DNA of 64,000 nucleotides from Cyanobacteria bacterium P01_A01_bin.123 (GTDB lineage Bacteria > Cyanobacteriota > Cyanobacteriia > Phormidesmidales > Phormidesmidaceae), in NCBI GenBank assembly GCA_039815185.1, contig JBCBZT010000036.1, positions 1 through 64,000 on the forward strand, read 5' to 3'. The notes under the pieces are model-generated. The model worked only from the letters and a program-made list of their open reading frames with translations, was not told the DNA's origin and made no database searches. The position numbers and the translations under genes are program-made. Below are positions 51,027 through 61,520 of this stretch, piece by piece (the first letter of the stretch is position 1; every line of letters starts with the position of its first letter).

Positions 51027-51228
51027 CTGTGCGCTTAGGTCTGAGTCTTAGCAAGGTAAAGGGCTGATATAACTATCTAAAATTCAGCATTAGTGGCTTG
51101 AATGTATGCCAAGAAATGTGATTAAGGCCAGTTAGCTTTCACAGTAATCATTCAGGAAATATGGGATTTTTTCAGTAGATTAACGGGAACGTATTGAGTT
51201 TACAAGATGTTTTACAGGTGGGATTTAT

Positions 51229-52770
51229 ATGCTTATCGATAGTCTTGAGATGGGTGAGCAAACGAAACTGCGGGGGCAGATCGTGGTACTTGGTTCTGGC
51301 ATCGCAGGCGCTGAGGTGGCAACCTATCTAGCCCGCCATGGCCGAGAGGTCGTACTTGTGGAAAGCGGACGTGAACAATTCGACCCGTCGATTCAGGCAT
51401 TAAATGATGTCATCTTTTTGGGCAAACGCCATCGCGATTTAAATCCAAACTCTTACTACCACCAATATTTGCCACCGGCACTCCGGGGCGTGAGTCGCGT
51501 TCGTCAGTTTGGGGGGACAAGCAACGTCTGGACTGGTAAGTGGAAATACCTGCAGCCGTGGGATTTTGACGGTAGACCTTGGATCGCTGACAGTGGCTGG
51601 CCTATTAGCTTTGCGGATCTGCTTGAACACTACCGTTCTGCAGCGAAAGATTACGGGTTTGGTGATTTAGAGGCAGAGGCCGTGCGTCCTGAGATTATGG
51701 CGCTGCGGGCCAAGCTTGCTACCAGCGGGTTGAAAATCAGCAGCTTCTACTGGGAGCAGACACCCACACGCACAGCAGTGCGCTTTGGTGAAGAAATGCG
51801 TCAATCCAAAAATTTACAAGTTGTGTTGGGGGCAACCGCCACTGAGTTGCAGCTTGATGCGTCCTGTCAACGGGTAAAGGCCGTAGCTTGTCGCTCGCTT
51901 GAGGGTCGAGAGCTGATTGTTGAAGGTGATACCGTTGTGCTGGCAACTGGCGCGTTTGAAACGGCACGTCTCCTCCTGGCTTCTGACCGTCAACTCCCAG
52001 GGGGGATTGGCAATGCCCATGATCTCGTGGGGCGCTTCTACACCGATCATCCCAAGCACCACACTGGAAAATTATGGCCAGGCTCCCTGGCTCAAGCGTA
52101 TGCCCATGAATTGCAATATGCGCCCAAGCCCCGTTTCTGCATCTGCTTTGCCCTGGATGATGCGACCCAACAAGATCAAGAACTGCTTGAACATGTTTTG
52201 TACCTGCAACCAATCTACGAAGGGTTAGTGGATCGACTGCAGCGAACTTTGCGAGGTCGTCCGGTTTGCCGAGATGGCAATGGCCCAGTGGTTCACTACC
52301 GCGTCAAGTTTGTGACTGAACAGGCTCCCCACAAAGACAGCCGGATTAAACTCGGAACAGAACGTGACACCCTTGGCCAACGTAAGCTAGCGGTCGATTG
52401 GTGCTTTACGGATCACGATCGGCATTCGATGGCGAAGACGCTACAGCTTTTGACGCAGCGATTTGCAGAAGTTGGGTTGGGAACCTTTGACTTTGGGGAG
52501 GATCCGCCAAGTTTAGAAACCATGACTGACGCCGCCCACCAAATGGGTACTACGCGTATGGCCAATAGTCCTGAGGCGGGTGTGGTTGACACCAATTGTC
52601 GAGTGTTTGGCACTGAAAACCTCTATGTCGCAGGTTCGGCCGTGTTTCCGACTGGGCCGTCATATTCACCTACCTTTACCATCTTGGCGTTGGCGCGTCG
52701 TCTGGGTCAGCATTTGCTGCAAGCAACCCCGACACCGCTTGGCAGTTACAGTGAGCTACATCGATTCTGA
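51229..52770 (+). CDS. GMC-family oxidoreductase
   Basis: GSGIAG, GGTSNVW, VGRFYTDHP, HQMGTTRM, NLYVAGSAVFP, PTFTILALA. Confidence 0.9.
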   Translation: MLIDSLEMGEQTKLRGQIVVLGSGIAGAEVATYLARHGREVVLVESGREQFDPSIQALNDVIFLGKRHRDLNPNSYYHQYLPPALRGVSRVRQFGGTSNVWTGKWKYLQPWDFDGRPWIADSGWPISFADLLEHYRSAAKDYGFGDLEAEAVRPEIMALRAKLATSGLKISSFYWEQTPTRTAVRFGEEMRQSKNLQVVLGATATELQLDASCQRVKAVACRSLEGRELIVEGDTVVLATGAFETARLLLASDRQLPGGIGNAHDLVGRFYTDHPKHHTGKLWPGSLAQAYAHELQYAPKPRFCICFALDDATQQDQELLEHVLYLQPIYEGLVDRLQRTLRGRPVCRDGNGPVVHYRVKFVTEQAPHKDSRIKLGTERDTLGQRKLAVDWCFTDHDRHSMAKTLQLLTQRFAEVGLGTFDFGEDPPSLETMTDAAHQMGTTRMANSPEAGVVDTNCRVFGTENLYVAGSAVFPTGPSYSPTFTILALARRLGQHLLQATPTPLGSYSELHRF

Positions 52771-52839
52771 TAGGACTGTTCTACCGACAGAATTTTTGAC
52801 GATAATTCGTTGTCGTGTCAATGATTTGAAGCTTGAACT

Positions 52840-53760
52840 ATGACTCCCCAGAATCTTGAGTTTTCTATTGTTATTCCAACCTATAATCGTCCCGAGCGTC
52901 TGCAACAGTGTTTGATGAGCATTGGTGTTTTGGACTATCCTCGCGATCGCTTTGAAGTGATTGTGGTAGACGATGGCAGTCAGATGTCTCTGGAGCCAGT
53001 TGTTAACCGATTTGAATCGCAGTTTTCATTACGCTTGATGCGGCAATCTAATGCTGGCCCTGCAAGCGCTCGTAACGCTGGGGCAGCGGTAGCGCAGGGT
53101 CACTATTTGGTGTTCACAGACGATGATTGCCAACCCGCTAAAGATTGGTTGACAGCACTGGCAGAAACCCTAGAAAAATGCCCTGATACTTTGGTGGGGG
53201 GGCATACGATAAACGCATTGCCCGAAAATCTTTACTCGACTGCCAGTCAGCTACTGATTGATTACCTCTATGACTATTACAATCAATGCCAGGAAGAGGT
53301 AACCTTCTTTGCCTCTAATAACTTTGCTGTACCCCGGACTCCCTATCAAACAATAGGTGGATTTGACACCAGTTTTCCCCTAGCCGCAGGAGAAGATCGT
53401 GAGTTTTGCGATCGCTGGCGACACCACCAATTTAAAATGTGCTACGCACCCGCGATGCAGATTAATCACACCCATACGCTGACGTTAAAGTCCTTTTGGC
53501 GACAGCATTTTAATTATGGTCGAGGGGCTTTCTATTTCCACAAAATTCGGAGTCAACGGCAGGCAGAACCCATTAAGGTGGAGCCACTTTCCTTCTATAT
53601 CAACTTGCTAACCTATCCTGGGTTGCAGAGCCTAGGTTGGCGTGCGCCGTTTCTATCAGGCCTTTTCTTACTATCGCAAATTGCTAACGTGGTGGGGTTC
53701 TTTTGGGAAAGGTATCAACAGACCTCTCTTCCACCGACACCAACCTCCGCGACATCTTAA
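52840..53760 (+). CDS. Glycosyltransferase family 2
   Basis: SIVIPTYNR, VVDDGS, GPASARN, FTDDDC, GEDREF. Confidence 0.92.
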   Translation: MTPQNLEFSIVIPTYNRPERLQQCLMSIGVLDYPRDRFEVIVVDDGSQMSLEPVVNRFESQFSLRLMRQSNAGPASARNAGAAVAQGHYLVFTDDDCQPAKDWLTALAETLEKCPDTLVGGHTINALPENLYSTASQLLIDYLYDYYNQCQEEVTFFASNNFAVPRTPYQTIGGFDTSFPLAAGEDREFCDRWRHHQFKMCYAPAMQINHTHTLTLKSFWRQHFNYGRGAFYFHKIRSQRQAEPIKVEPLSFYINLLTYPGLQSLGWRAPFLSGLFLLSQIANVVGFFWERYQQTSLPPTPTSATS

Positions 53761-53787
53761 CCACCAAGGAGACACCGATTTTGCCAC

Positions 53788-55542
53788 TTATTCCAGGCCG
53801 GGATCGCTATTTTTGGCAGGAATAAATCCAGCTTTGAACCCTCTGTTGGGATTGCGGAGTCGGACATCCAAATTGTTTGGCGAACAGGGAATCGGGGCAT
53901 CCCAGCACTGTCCTCTTCTGTCATTGATGGGTTTCACATAGGCAATATCAAAGGACTGTTGGGGTTCTACTGCTGTCGTTGGCATCATGGGTGGGAGTAA
54001 CCAGCGCTCTCGAAGATTGGTACTCGTCAAATAAATTGCACCTAAAATTCCGAGCCCAAACCAAAAGATTTTGAGTCTACGGTTAGTTGGGAGTCGAGGG
54101 AAAGATGGCTGCAATCGCCACTGAACTACTTTTTGAGCGCAAGGGATGCCTAAAATCGCGATCGCGATCGTGGGAATTAGGGTGAAATATCCCAAGCCAA
54201 AGCGAATCATAGGTGCCTGGAAAAGAATGAATACCATACCGATCAAGCCCAGGCAAAATAGCCAGGGGGTGCCAAGGATGCCCTGGCGTCGAGCGGCCTT
54301 GTAGGTAAACCCTGTGAGGGCAACCGATAGGATGAGTAGTAGCAACATAATGACATTCAAGCGGGCAAACTTGAGCCATTCCCAAAGTCGCCACAGCAGG
54401 GCGTTGGTTCCGGATGGGGGAGATCCTAGGGCATGCTCCCAAAGCTGGACGACTTTAGCGGCCTCGCTGGCAGTGGTTTCAGAAACACGCCAGGGTAGGT
54501 CGATGCATAATGCTGAAGAGGGGTAGAGCGGACAGCCAGAATGGATAATCCCTGCAGCCGTAAAGGGGACTAAAAGCAAGATGGATAGCCCGCCACCGAC
54601 AAGCAACCGCCGAAGGTTTTGAGGCTGTTGCCCCCAGTAAAATAACCCCGCAATGGGTAAAAGTGGCAGTGCTGATAACTTAATGGAGATGGCTCCAACA
54701 GCCAGTATTAAGGGGATTAATGATGCATCCCAAAGGGGCTTGTGAAAAGGCACAGAATTAGCATTACCCTGTCTGGGTAGGGCAGGGTTAGCAACGGTCA
54801 AAATGCTCCAGGCGACGGCAACTGTAAGAAAGATGACCGGGATATCGGGTGAAGACGATATTAATATGGCTGATAGAAATGTCGTGAGGGTGATTGCAGG
54901 CAAAATTAGAACGGATGCAATCACGATAAATTTATCGGTGACTCTGGCACGTCCTGACATCCATCTGTGCAAGGCAATTAGCCCGTGCCCAGTTGCAACT
55001 AGTAGGATGAACCCGTTAGTCACGACACTGGTTTGAGAGGCGATCGCTGCGGGGTTAAACGGGGCTGCTAGGGCAAACCAAGTTGAGGTGAATCCAAAAT
55101 TGCTCAATATTAATGCTAAACCAGGTACAGTCCCGAATTCTGAAAGCCACCGAATGGCGCCATAGTGATACAACCCGGTATCGAACCAATTGTTGCGTTG
55201 GCTGGTGTAGGCCGCGATCAAAATTCCCCATCCGATTAACCCGAATAGAACGGGGCGTGATATTGTCTGCCGAATTTTACGAAATTCTACCCGCATGGGT
55301 GGCCACATCAGCAGCAGTAGCAATGCTAAGGCAATGCCCAGACCTACCATCGGCGATAGGGGCAGCGCGATTGCAATCAACAGTAATCCTTGGGAGAGCA
55401 ATACCGTGCCAAGCCATAGCGCTACCATGACGCGATCGCCCACACGGTCAAAACAGTCTGCGTTTAACCCTTGGATCAACGCGGTGCCCACAATCCAAGC
55501 TAACGTAGCCAGTATGCTCCATGCAGCAATGAAATAAAGCAT
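53788..55542 (-). CDS. LIC_10190-like polytopic membrane protein
   Basis: DTGLYH..AIRW, GLA...FGFTS.WF, SPDIP, SGCPLYP, APMIRFG, CWDAPIPC. Confidence 0.75.
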   Translation of the reverse strand: MLYFIAAWSILATLAWIVGTALIQGLNADCFDRVGDRVMVALWLGTVLLSQGLLLIAIALPLSPMVGLGIALALLLLLMWPPMRVEFRKIRQTISRPVLFGLIGWGILIAAYTSQRNNWFDTGLYHYGAIRWLSEFGTVPGLALILSNFGFTSTWFALAAPFNPAAIASQTSVVTNGFILLVATGHGLIALHRWMSGRARVTDKFIVIASVLILPAITLTTFLSAILISSSPDIPVIFLTVAVAWSILTVANPALPRQGNANSVPFHKPLWDASLIPLILAVGAISIKLSALPLLPIAGLFYWGQQPQNLRRLLVGGGLSILLLVPFTAAGIIHSGCPLYPSSALCIDLPWRVSETTASEAAKVVQLWEHALGSPPSGTNALLWRLWEWLKFARLNVIMLLLLILSVALTGFTYKAARRQGILGTPWLFCLGLIGMVFILFQAPMIRFGLGYFTLIPTIAIAILGIPCAQKVVQWRLQPSFPRLPTNRRLKIFWFGLGILGAIYLTSTNLRERWLLPPMMPTTAVEPQQSFDIAYVKPINDRRGQCWDAPIPCSPNNLDVRLRNPNRGFKAGFIPAKNSDPGLE

Positions 55543-55798
55543 CGCCGGTTTTCCTCTTTTCCAAACGTTGTGTTTGTCGCAGGATGTAACTCCATCCACT
55601 GACTTGAAGCTACTCTGTTGGAGTCGTCAAGGACTTAGCACAGCCCCACGGAGGAATCACTCCCTCTAACTTAGTCCTAAAGTTGGGACTATTGGGACTA
55701 TATTGTTTTGGCCAGGGCAGCCTCATTATATTTTGATGCAGCATCAACGCGGAAGTAGACATTGCAGGGCTTTAATGCCAGGGTTTCAATGGCTTTGA

Positions 55799-55845
55799 TC
55801 TGACAACCCTGCCCCCAGATCAAATCTGGGGGGCAGGGTTGTCAG
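55799..55845. repeat. Perfect 22-bp-arm palindrome downstream of eno (terminator or REP-like)
   Basis: tctgacaaccctgcccccagat-caa-atctgggggcagggttgtcaga. Confidence 0.75.
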
Positions 55846-55976
55846 AAGAATTTCTAGCGTGGGGACTTTACGGTTGGGGTAGGGATGGGAGTCTTCTCAC
55901 CCCTACCAACCTGTGCCAAGAATTCCTTTGTTTGCTTGAAACGACACAGTTACAGCGGGAGCGGCGGCGTTAACCC

Positions 55977-57317
<1,341 letters not shown>

Positions 57318-57390
57318 TTACCACCCCTAACTTACCGATCGCTTTGCCCAGTTCCTTAGAACCGCAGACAATTTAAATCTTTCCGGGGAA

Positions 57391-57493
57391 ATATGGCGCT
57401 GGCCAGATTGCTTAATGCACCGGGTAGCACTGGGATACTCAGCACACAGGCAATCTGGGTCGCTGTAACCACAAAGCTTTGTGGTTACAGCGA
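57391..57493. repeat. Dispersed palindromic repeat, copy 3 (hairpins A+B)
   Basis: gctggccagattgcttaatgcacc...ggcaatctgg, then tcgctgtaaccacaaagctttgtggttacagcga. Confidence 0.8.
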
Positions 57494-57561
57494 TATCCCA
57501 ACACGCGCTTTTAAGATTTTGCTCCACAATAGAAGAGTTGCTCCCCAATGAACACAAGCTT

Positions 57562-57999
57562 ATGCGACTACTGCACACCATGCTGCGGGTGAAAAACCTA
57601 GAAGAGTCTTTGCAGTTTTACTGCGATGTCTTGGGTATGAAACTCCTGCGCCAAAAGGACTACCCCGGTGGCGAGTTTACCCTGGCCTTTGTGGGTTATG
57701 GCGACGAAGCCGACCATAGCGTGCTAGAGCTGACCTACAACTGGGGCAAAGACGAGTACGACCTAGGGGACGCCTATGGCCACATTGCCCTCGGGGTTGA
57801 TGACATCTACGGTACCTGTGCTCAAATTCGCCTGAAGGGCGGCAAAGTGGTGCGAGAACCCGGCCCGATGAAGCACGGCTCGACGGTGATTGCCTTTGTA
57901 GAAGATCCCAATGGGTACAAGGTGGAGTTGATCCAACTCAGCACCCGAGGCTCGGCTCAGGCTCAATCTTCCAGTCAATCTGAACCCGTGGCGGGATAA
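57562..57999 (+). CDS. gloA: Lactoylglutathione lyase
   Basis: [38 protein letters not shown]. Confidence 0.95.
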   Translation: MRLLHTMLRVKNLEESLQFYCDVLGMKLLRQKDYPGGEFTLAFVGYGDEADHSVLELTYNWGKDEYDLGDAYGHIALGVDDIYGTCAQIRLKGGKVVREPGPMKHGSTVIAFVEDPNGYKVELIQLSTRGSAQAQSSSQSEPVAG

Positions 58000-58009
58000 C
58001 GGAGGAACT

Positions 58010-58774
58010 ATGCATCTCATCTTGCCCAAACCCTACCGTAGCGGTCTCACTGCGCTTGCCAGCCTCGTCTTGATAGTCAGCCTAGGCTGTTCGCCCACCC
58101 CCCCTGAACCCGATCAACCCACTGACCCTGAGCCCCAGGCCGCAGTACCCGACGAAGCGGCTCAAGTTGATGCTCAAGCTGAGTGGGATGCTCAACAGCA
58201 ACACATTGCCTCAGTGATTGAGACGAAGGATCGGGCTGAGCTGATTGGGAATTCACCGACCAAGGGCTCGCCGGATGCTGAGATCGTGCTGTTTAAATTT
58301 TCTGATTTTGAATGCCCTTACTGCGCGATCGCCTCGGGAGACATGAAAACCTTCATGGACGGTCGCGAAGATGTGCTTTACGTGTATAAGCACTTCCCGC
58401 TGAATCGCATTCACCCAGAGGCGACCCCTGCAGCTAGGGCAGCTTGGGCGGCTCAGCAGCAAGACCAGTTTTGGCTTTATCATGACGGGTTGTTTGCTTA
58501 CCAAGCGCGTTTGGGCGAAGACCTATACATAGAACTTGCCGAAGAAATTGGGTTGGATGTTGAGCAATTCAATCGCGATCGCAATAGTGAAGCTGCTGCT
58601 GCCGCTGTCGAAAGCGACCTAAAGTTAGCGGAAGAACTGGAACTCAGGGGGACTCCGGCGTTCTTGATCAACGATTTGCTGGTTCCCGGTGGTGCGCCGC
58701 TAGAGTTCTTTGAAGAGGCCGTGATCAGAATTCAAGAACATAACGAAGCGCAGTCCAGTCAGGCGGATAGCTAG
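58010..58774 (+). CDS. DsbA-family thiol-disulfide oxidoreductase (lipoprotein)
   Basis: Lipobox SLGC, FSDFECPYC, YKHFPL, GTPAF. Confidence 0.9.
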   Translation: MHLILPKPYRSGLTALASLVLIVSLGCSPTPPEPDQPTDPEPQAAVPDEAAQVDAQAEWDAQQQHIASVIETKDRAELIGNSPTKGSPDAEIVLFKFSDFECPYCAIASGDMKTFMDGREDVLYVYKHFPLNRIHPEATPAARAAWAAQQQDQFWLYHDGLFAYQARLGEDLYIELAEEIGLDVEQFNRDRNSEAAAAAVESDLKLAEELELRGTPAFLINDLLVPGGAPLEFFEEAVIRIQEHNEAQSSQADS

Positions 58775-58883
58775 GTTGTGTGGCAAGAGGGTATTGCCTG
58801 CCGAATCGACGGCTCGATACAGGTACCTGTTGCTCTTTTTAATTTTGATGTAGGTTTCATCCACTCGCCCGAATCATTGCTGG

Positions 58884-58994
58884 ATCTGGCTTGCCGTAGC
58901 GCACAAAGCTTTGTGGCTACGGCAAGCCAGATTGCTTGGGTGTTGGGCATCCCAGGGATACTAGGTGCATTAAGCAATCTGGCCAGTGCTATAG
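58884..58994. repeat. Dispersed palindromic repeat, copy 4 (hairpins B+A, inverted relative to copies 2 and 3)
   Basis: atctggcttgccgtagcgcacaaagctttgtggctacggcaagccagattgctt...aagcaatctggccagtgctatag. Confidence 0.8.
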
Positions 58995-59385
58995 ATACCG
59001 ACGGTAACGCTGATCCAGTAACGGGCTACAAGCCTGCACCCAGCGATAGATTGTCGTGTGGCCAAACTCAATCCCGCACTCGACCATCATCGCTTCTAAA
59101 TCTCAGTAGCTCAAGCCATAACCATCTACACTCTGTTTTTGCAACAGAGCCCTTTTGAAGACCTCAGACGCGAATGGCAGAATCGTATGCCTTCATGATC
59201 GCAGAGAGCGATTTATGAAGACCGTTGAGGAACTGGAAGCCTGATTCCAGTCTGCTTAAACAGAAATAGGGAGAGGGGCGATCGCGAATGACGAGCAAGT
59301 GAAATTTGACTACTCAATTCTGACAAATTCCGCTCTGCTGGTCCATCACGTGATATTCCTACACTAGAGTGCCTTGAGAGTGAAC

Positions 59386-60834
59386 ATGATAATAGACCAT
59401 GAACCCCTTACCCTTGTTTGGATTGTCCTGCCCTTGTTTGTGGGGTTCAGCATTTATCTTTTGCCCAAATTGGATCGCGTTCTGGCAGTCACCATTTCCT
59501 TGATTTCGTTGGGCTACGGGTTATGGTATGTACTCAATCCGGCACCTATAACTTTACAACTATTAGATAGCTATGGCGTCAGCTTGCTCATCGACGGCCT
59601 GAGCGGTTTCTTTATTTTGACCAATGCCATCGTAACCCTGGCGGTCATTCTTTACTGTTGGCAGAGTGGAAAAGAAGCTTTCTTCTACACCCAAGCCATC
59701 ATTTTGCATGGCAGCGTTAATGCAGTATTTGTTAGTGCAGATTTGATCAGCGTCTATGTTGCTCTAGAAGTCATCAGTATTGCCGCATTTTTGCTAATCG
59801 CCTACCCTCGCACTGACCGTTCCATTTGGGTAGGGCTGCGTTATTTATTTGTGAGTAATACAGCCATGCTGTTTTACCTGATGGGGGCAGTGTTGGTCTA
59901 TCAAGCCAGCAATTCGTTTGCCTTTACGGGAATATCACAGGCTCCAGCAGAGGCTATTGCATTCATTTTTGTCGGCCTTTTGGCCAAAGGCGGGATCTTT
60001 GTTTCAGGGCTATGGCTGCCCCTGACCCATTCTGAATCGGAAACACCGATATCCGCTTTACTGTCAGGCGTTGTTGTCAAAGCAGGTGTCTTTCCGCTCG
60101 TCCGGTTTGCACTCATGGTGCCTGAGATTGACTCTATCGTTCGCATCTTTGGTGTGGCAACCGCGCTTTTAGGTGTCAGCTACGCCGTATTTTCTAAAGA
60201 TGCCAAGCGCATACTCGCATTTCACACGGTTTCTCAGCTCGGGTTTATCTTGGCGGCACCGGCTGTAGGCGGCTTTTATGCGCTCACCCACGGCCTGGTG
60301 AAATCGGCCCTTTTTCTGATTGTCGGCAACTTACCGAGTCGCAACATCAAAGTGCTGAAAGAAAATCCCATACCCATCTCTCTTTGGATCACGCTGGCGA
60401 TCGCGAGTTTTTCGATCTCGGGCTTTCCACTCCTGGCGGGATTTGGCGCTAAAGTACTCACCTCAAAGAATCTAGTCCCCTGGCAAGTGATCGGCATGAA
60501 TATCGCCGCATTAGGAACAGCCATCTCATTTGCTAAGTTTATTTTTCTGCCCCATACTCTAGAGCGCTCTGCATATACTGTGAAAAAGGGCTTTTGGCCA
60601 GCTGTGGTGCTGTTACTGAGCGGATTGGTTCTGGCGAATGGCTTTTACTATGAAGCCTATAGCTTGCAAAACAGTGTTAAACCGCTCATTACTATTGCAG
60701 CCGGTTGGCTGGCGTATTTACTGATCTTCCAAAAGTTATCGATTAAATTACCACGTGCGGCTGAGCAGTTTGACCATTTGATCGGTGCCATGAGCCTAAT
60801 GTTAACTTTCCTTTTTTGGATGGTGCTTGCATAG
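59386..60834 (+). CDS. mrpD: Mrp/Mnh antiporter subunit D-like protein (orphan)
   Basis: DLISVYVALEV, WLPLTHSES, SALLSGVVVK, KRILAFHTVSQLGF, HGLVKSALF. Confidence 0.82.
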   Translation: MIIDHEPLTLVWIVLPLFVGFSIYLLPKLDRVLAVTISLISLGYGLWYVLNPAPITLQLLDSYGVSLLIDGLSGFFILTNAIVTLAVILYCWQSGKEAFFYTQAIILHGSVNAVFVSADLISVYVALEVISIAAFLLIAYPRTDRSIWVGLRYLFVSNTAMLFYLMGAVLVYQASNSFAFTGISQAPAEAIAFIFVGLLAKGGIFVSGLWLPLTHSESETPISALLSGVVVKAGVFPLVRFALMVPEIDSIVRIFGVATALLGVSYAVFSKDAKRILAFHTVSQLGFILAAPAVGGFYALTHGLVKSALFLIVGNLPSRNIKVLKENPIPISLWITLAIASFSISGFPLLAGFGAKVLTSKNLVPWQVIGMNIAALGTAISFAKFIFLPHTLERSAYTVKKGFWPAVVLLLSGLVLANGFYYEAYSLQNSVKPLITIAAGWLAYLLIFQKLSIKLPRAAEQFDHLIGAMSLMLTFLFWMVLA

Positions 60835-60872
60835 ATTGGCTATCGAGACTTGCTGTTGCGGTTGGCGATCGC
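60835..60872 (+). pseudogene. N-terminal remnant of the next Mrp subunit (MrpE-like)
   Basis: IGYRDLLLRLAI directly after the mrpD stop, ending at a HIP1 site. Confidence 0.45.
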
Positions 60873-60873
60873 A

Positions 60874-60950
60874 CTGGTTCCCGGTGGTGCGCCGCTAGAG
60901 TTCTTCAAAGAAACCATTGTTCGTATCAAAGCCTATAAGAAGCGCAGTCT
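60874..60950 (+). repeat. Duplicate of the dsbA 3' end
   Basis: 32 bp identical to 58679-58710, then diverged but alignable (KETIVRIKAYK versus EEAVIRIQEHN). Confidence 0.85.
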
Positions 60951-60983
60951 GAATAACGGACGTTTAGTGCGATTGTTCGCTTT

Positions 60984-61089
60984 GTAGGATGCATTGCGAC
61001 AAATCAATCCGTTAACTAGGAATACGCGTTTTGGGTTGGTATTGCAATTATATTCACCACAATCTGGTGCGGCATGGGTTGTGCAAAGG
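60984..61089 (+). repeat. Degenerate ~110-bp repeat, copy 2 (starts with GTAG)
   Basis: Aligns with 36572-36681. Confidence 0.7.
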
Positions 61090-61236
61090 TTTAAGGACAT
61101 GGTCATATATCAGCTTTCAGTGATTTATTAGCGATGGTGTCTATCTGCCAGATTAGGAGTAAGGGTAGAACCGAAAAAGCCTGCGGGGTTTTGGGATATT
61201 TGACTTGATGCATCGCGACACGTTCTACGCGATGAA

Positions 61237-61279
61237 GCGATCGCGCTTGATCCAGTAATTTTCGGGGTTGAGGGTTCAT
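61237..61279 (-). pseudogene. intI: N-terminal remnant of an integron integrase
   Basis: MNPQPRKLLDQ(AR) matches the P(R/K)KLLDQVR start typical of IntI; divergent from the cassette; ends at HIP1. Confidence 0.55.
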
Positions 61280-61409
61280 AGGTGGTAGATGCAGCACATG
61301 ATCCTAACTTTGACATGCATAAATTGAGACCTACGGATAAACCTGGGTGACTATACTGTGACACCTTCAATATATCTACTCAATGTCGATCCGATAAGAG
61401 TTAAACCTC

Positions 61410-61456
61410 TTGGCCTGAGCGTTATTGGCAACTCCTGCACATCAAATTCGTTAGCA
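61410..61456 (+). other. Putative attI site, crossover at G/TTAGCA
   Basis: ...cctgagcgttattggcaactcctgcacatcaaattcGTTAGCA lies between the intI remnant and the RT gene. Confidence 0.45.
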
Positions 61457-61520
61457 TACGTGCAACATTCAATACAAGAGGCTATGATCGTGGGCAATTT
61501 TGAAGGCTTCCTCACAGAAC

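Noticed and set aside
58778..59158. 126-aa ORF after dsbA (also 16947-17204 and 57327-57581)
   Set aside because: These read through the palindromic repeat; their similarity to each other is due to the repeat, not a protein family.
61310..61357. TTGACA/TTGAGA and TATACT as the cassette promoter Pc
   Set aside because: Spacing between the hexamers (22 or 36 bp) is non-canonical; not supportable without TSS data.
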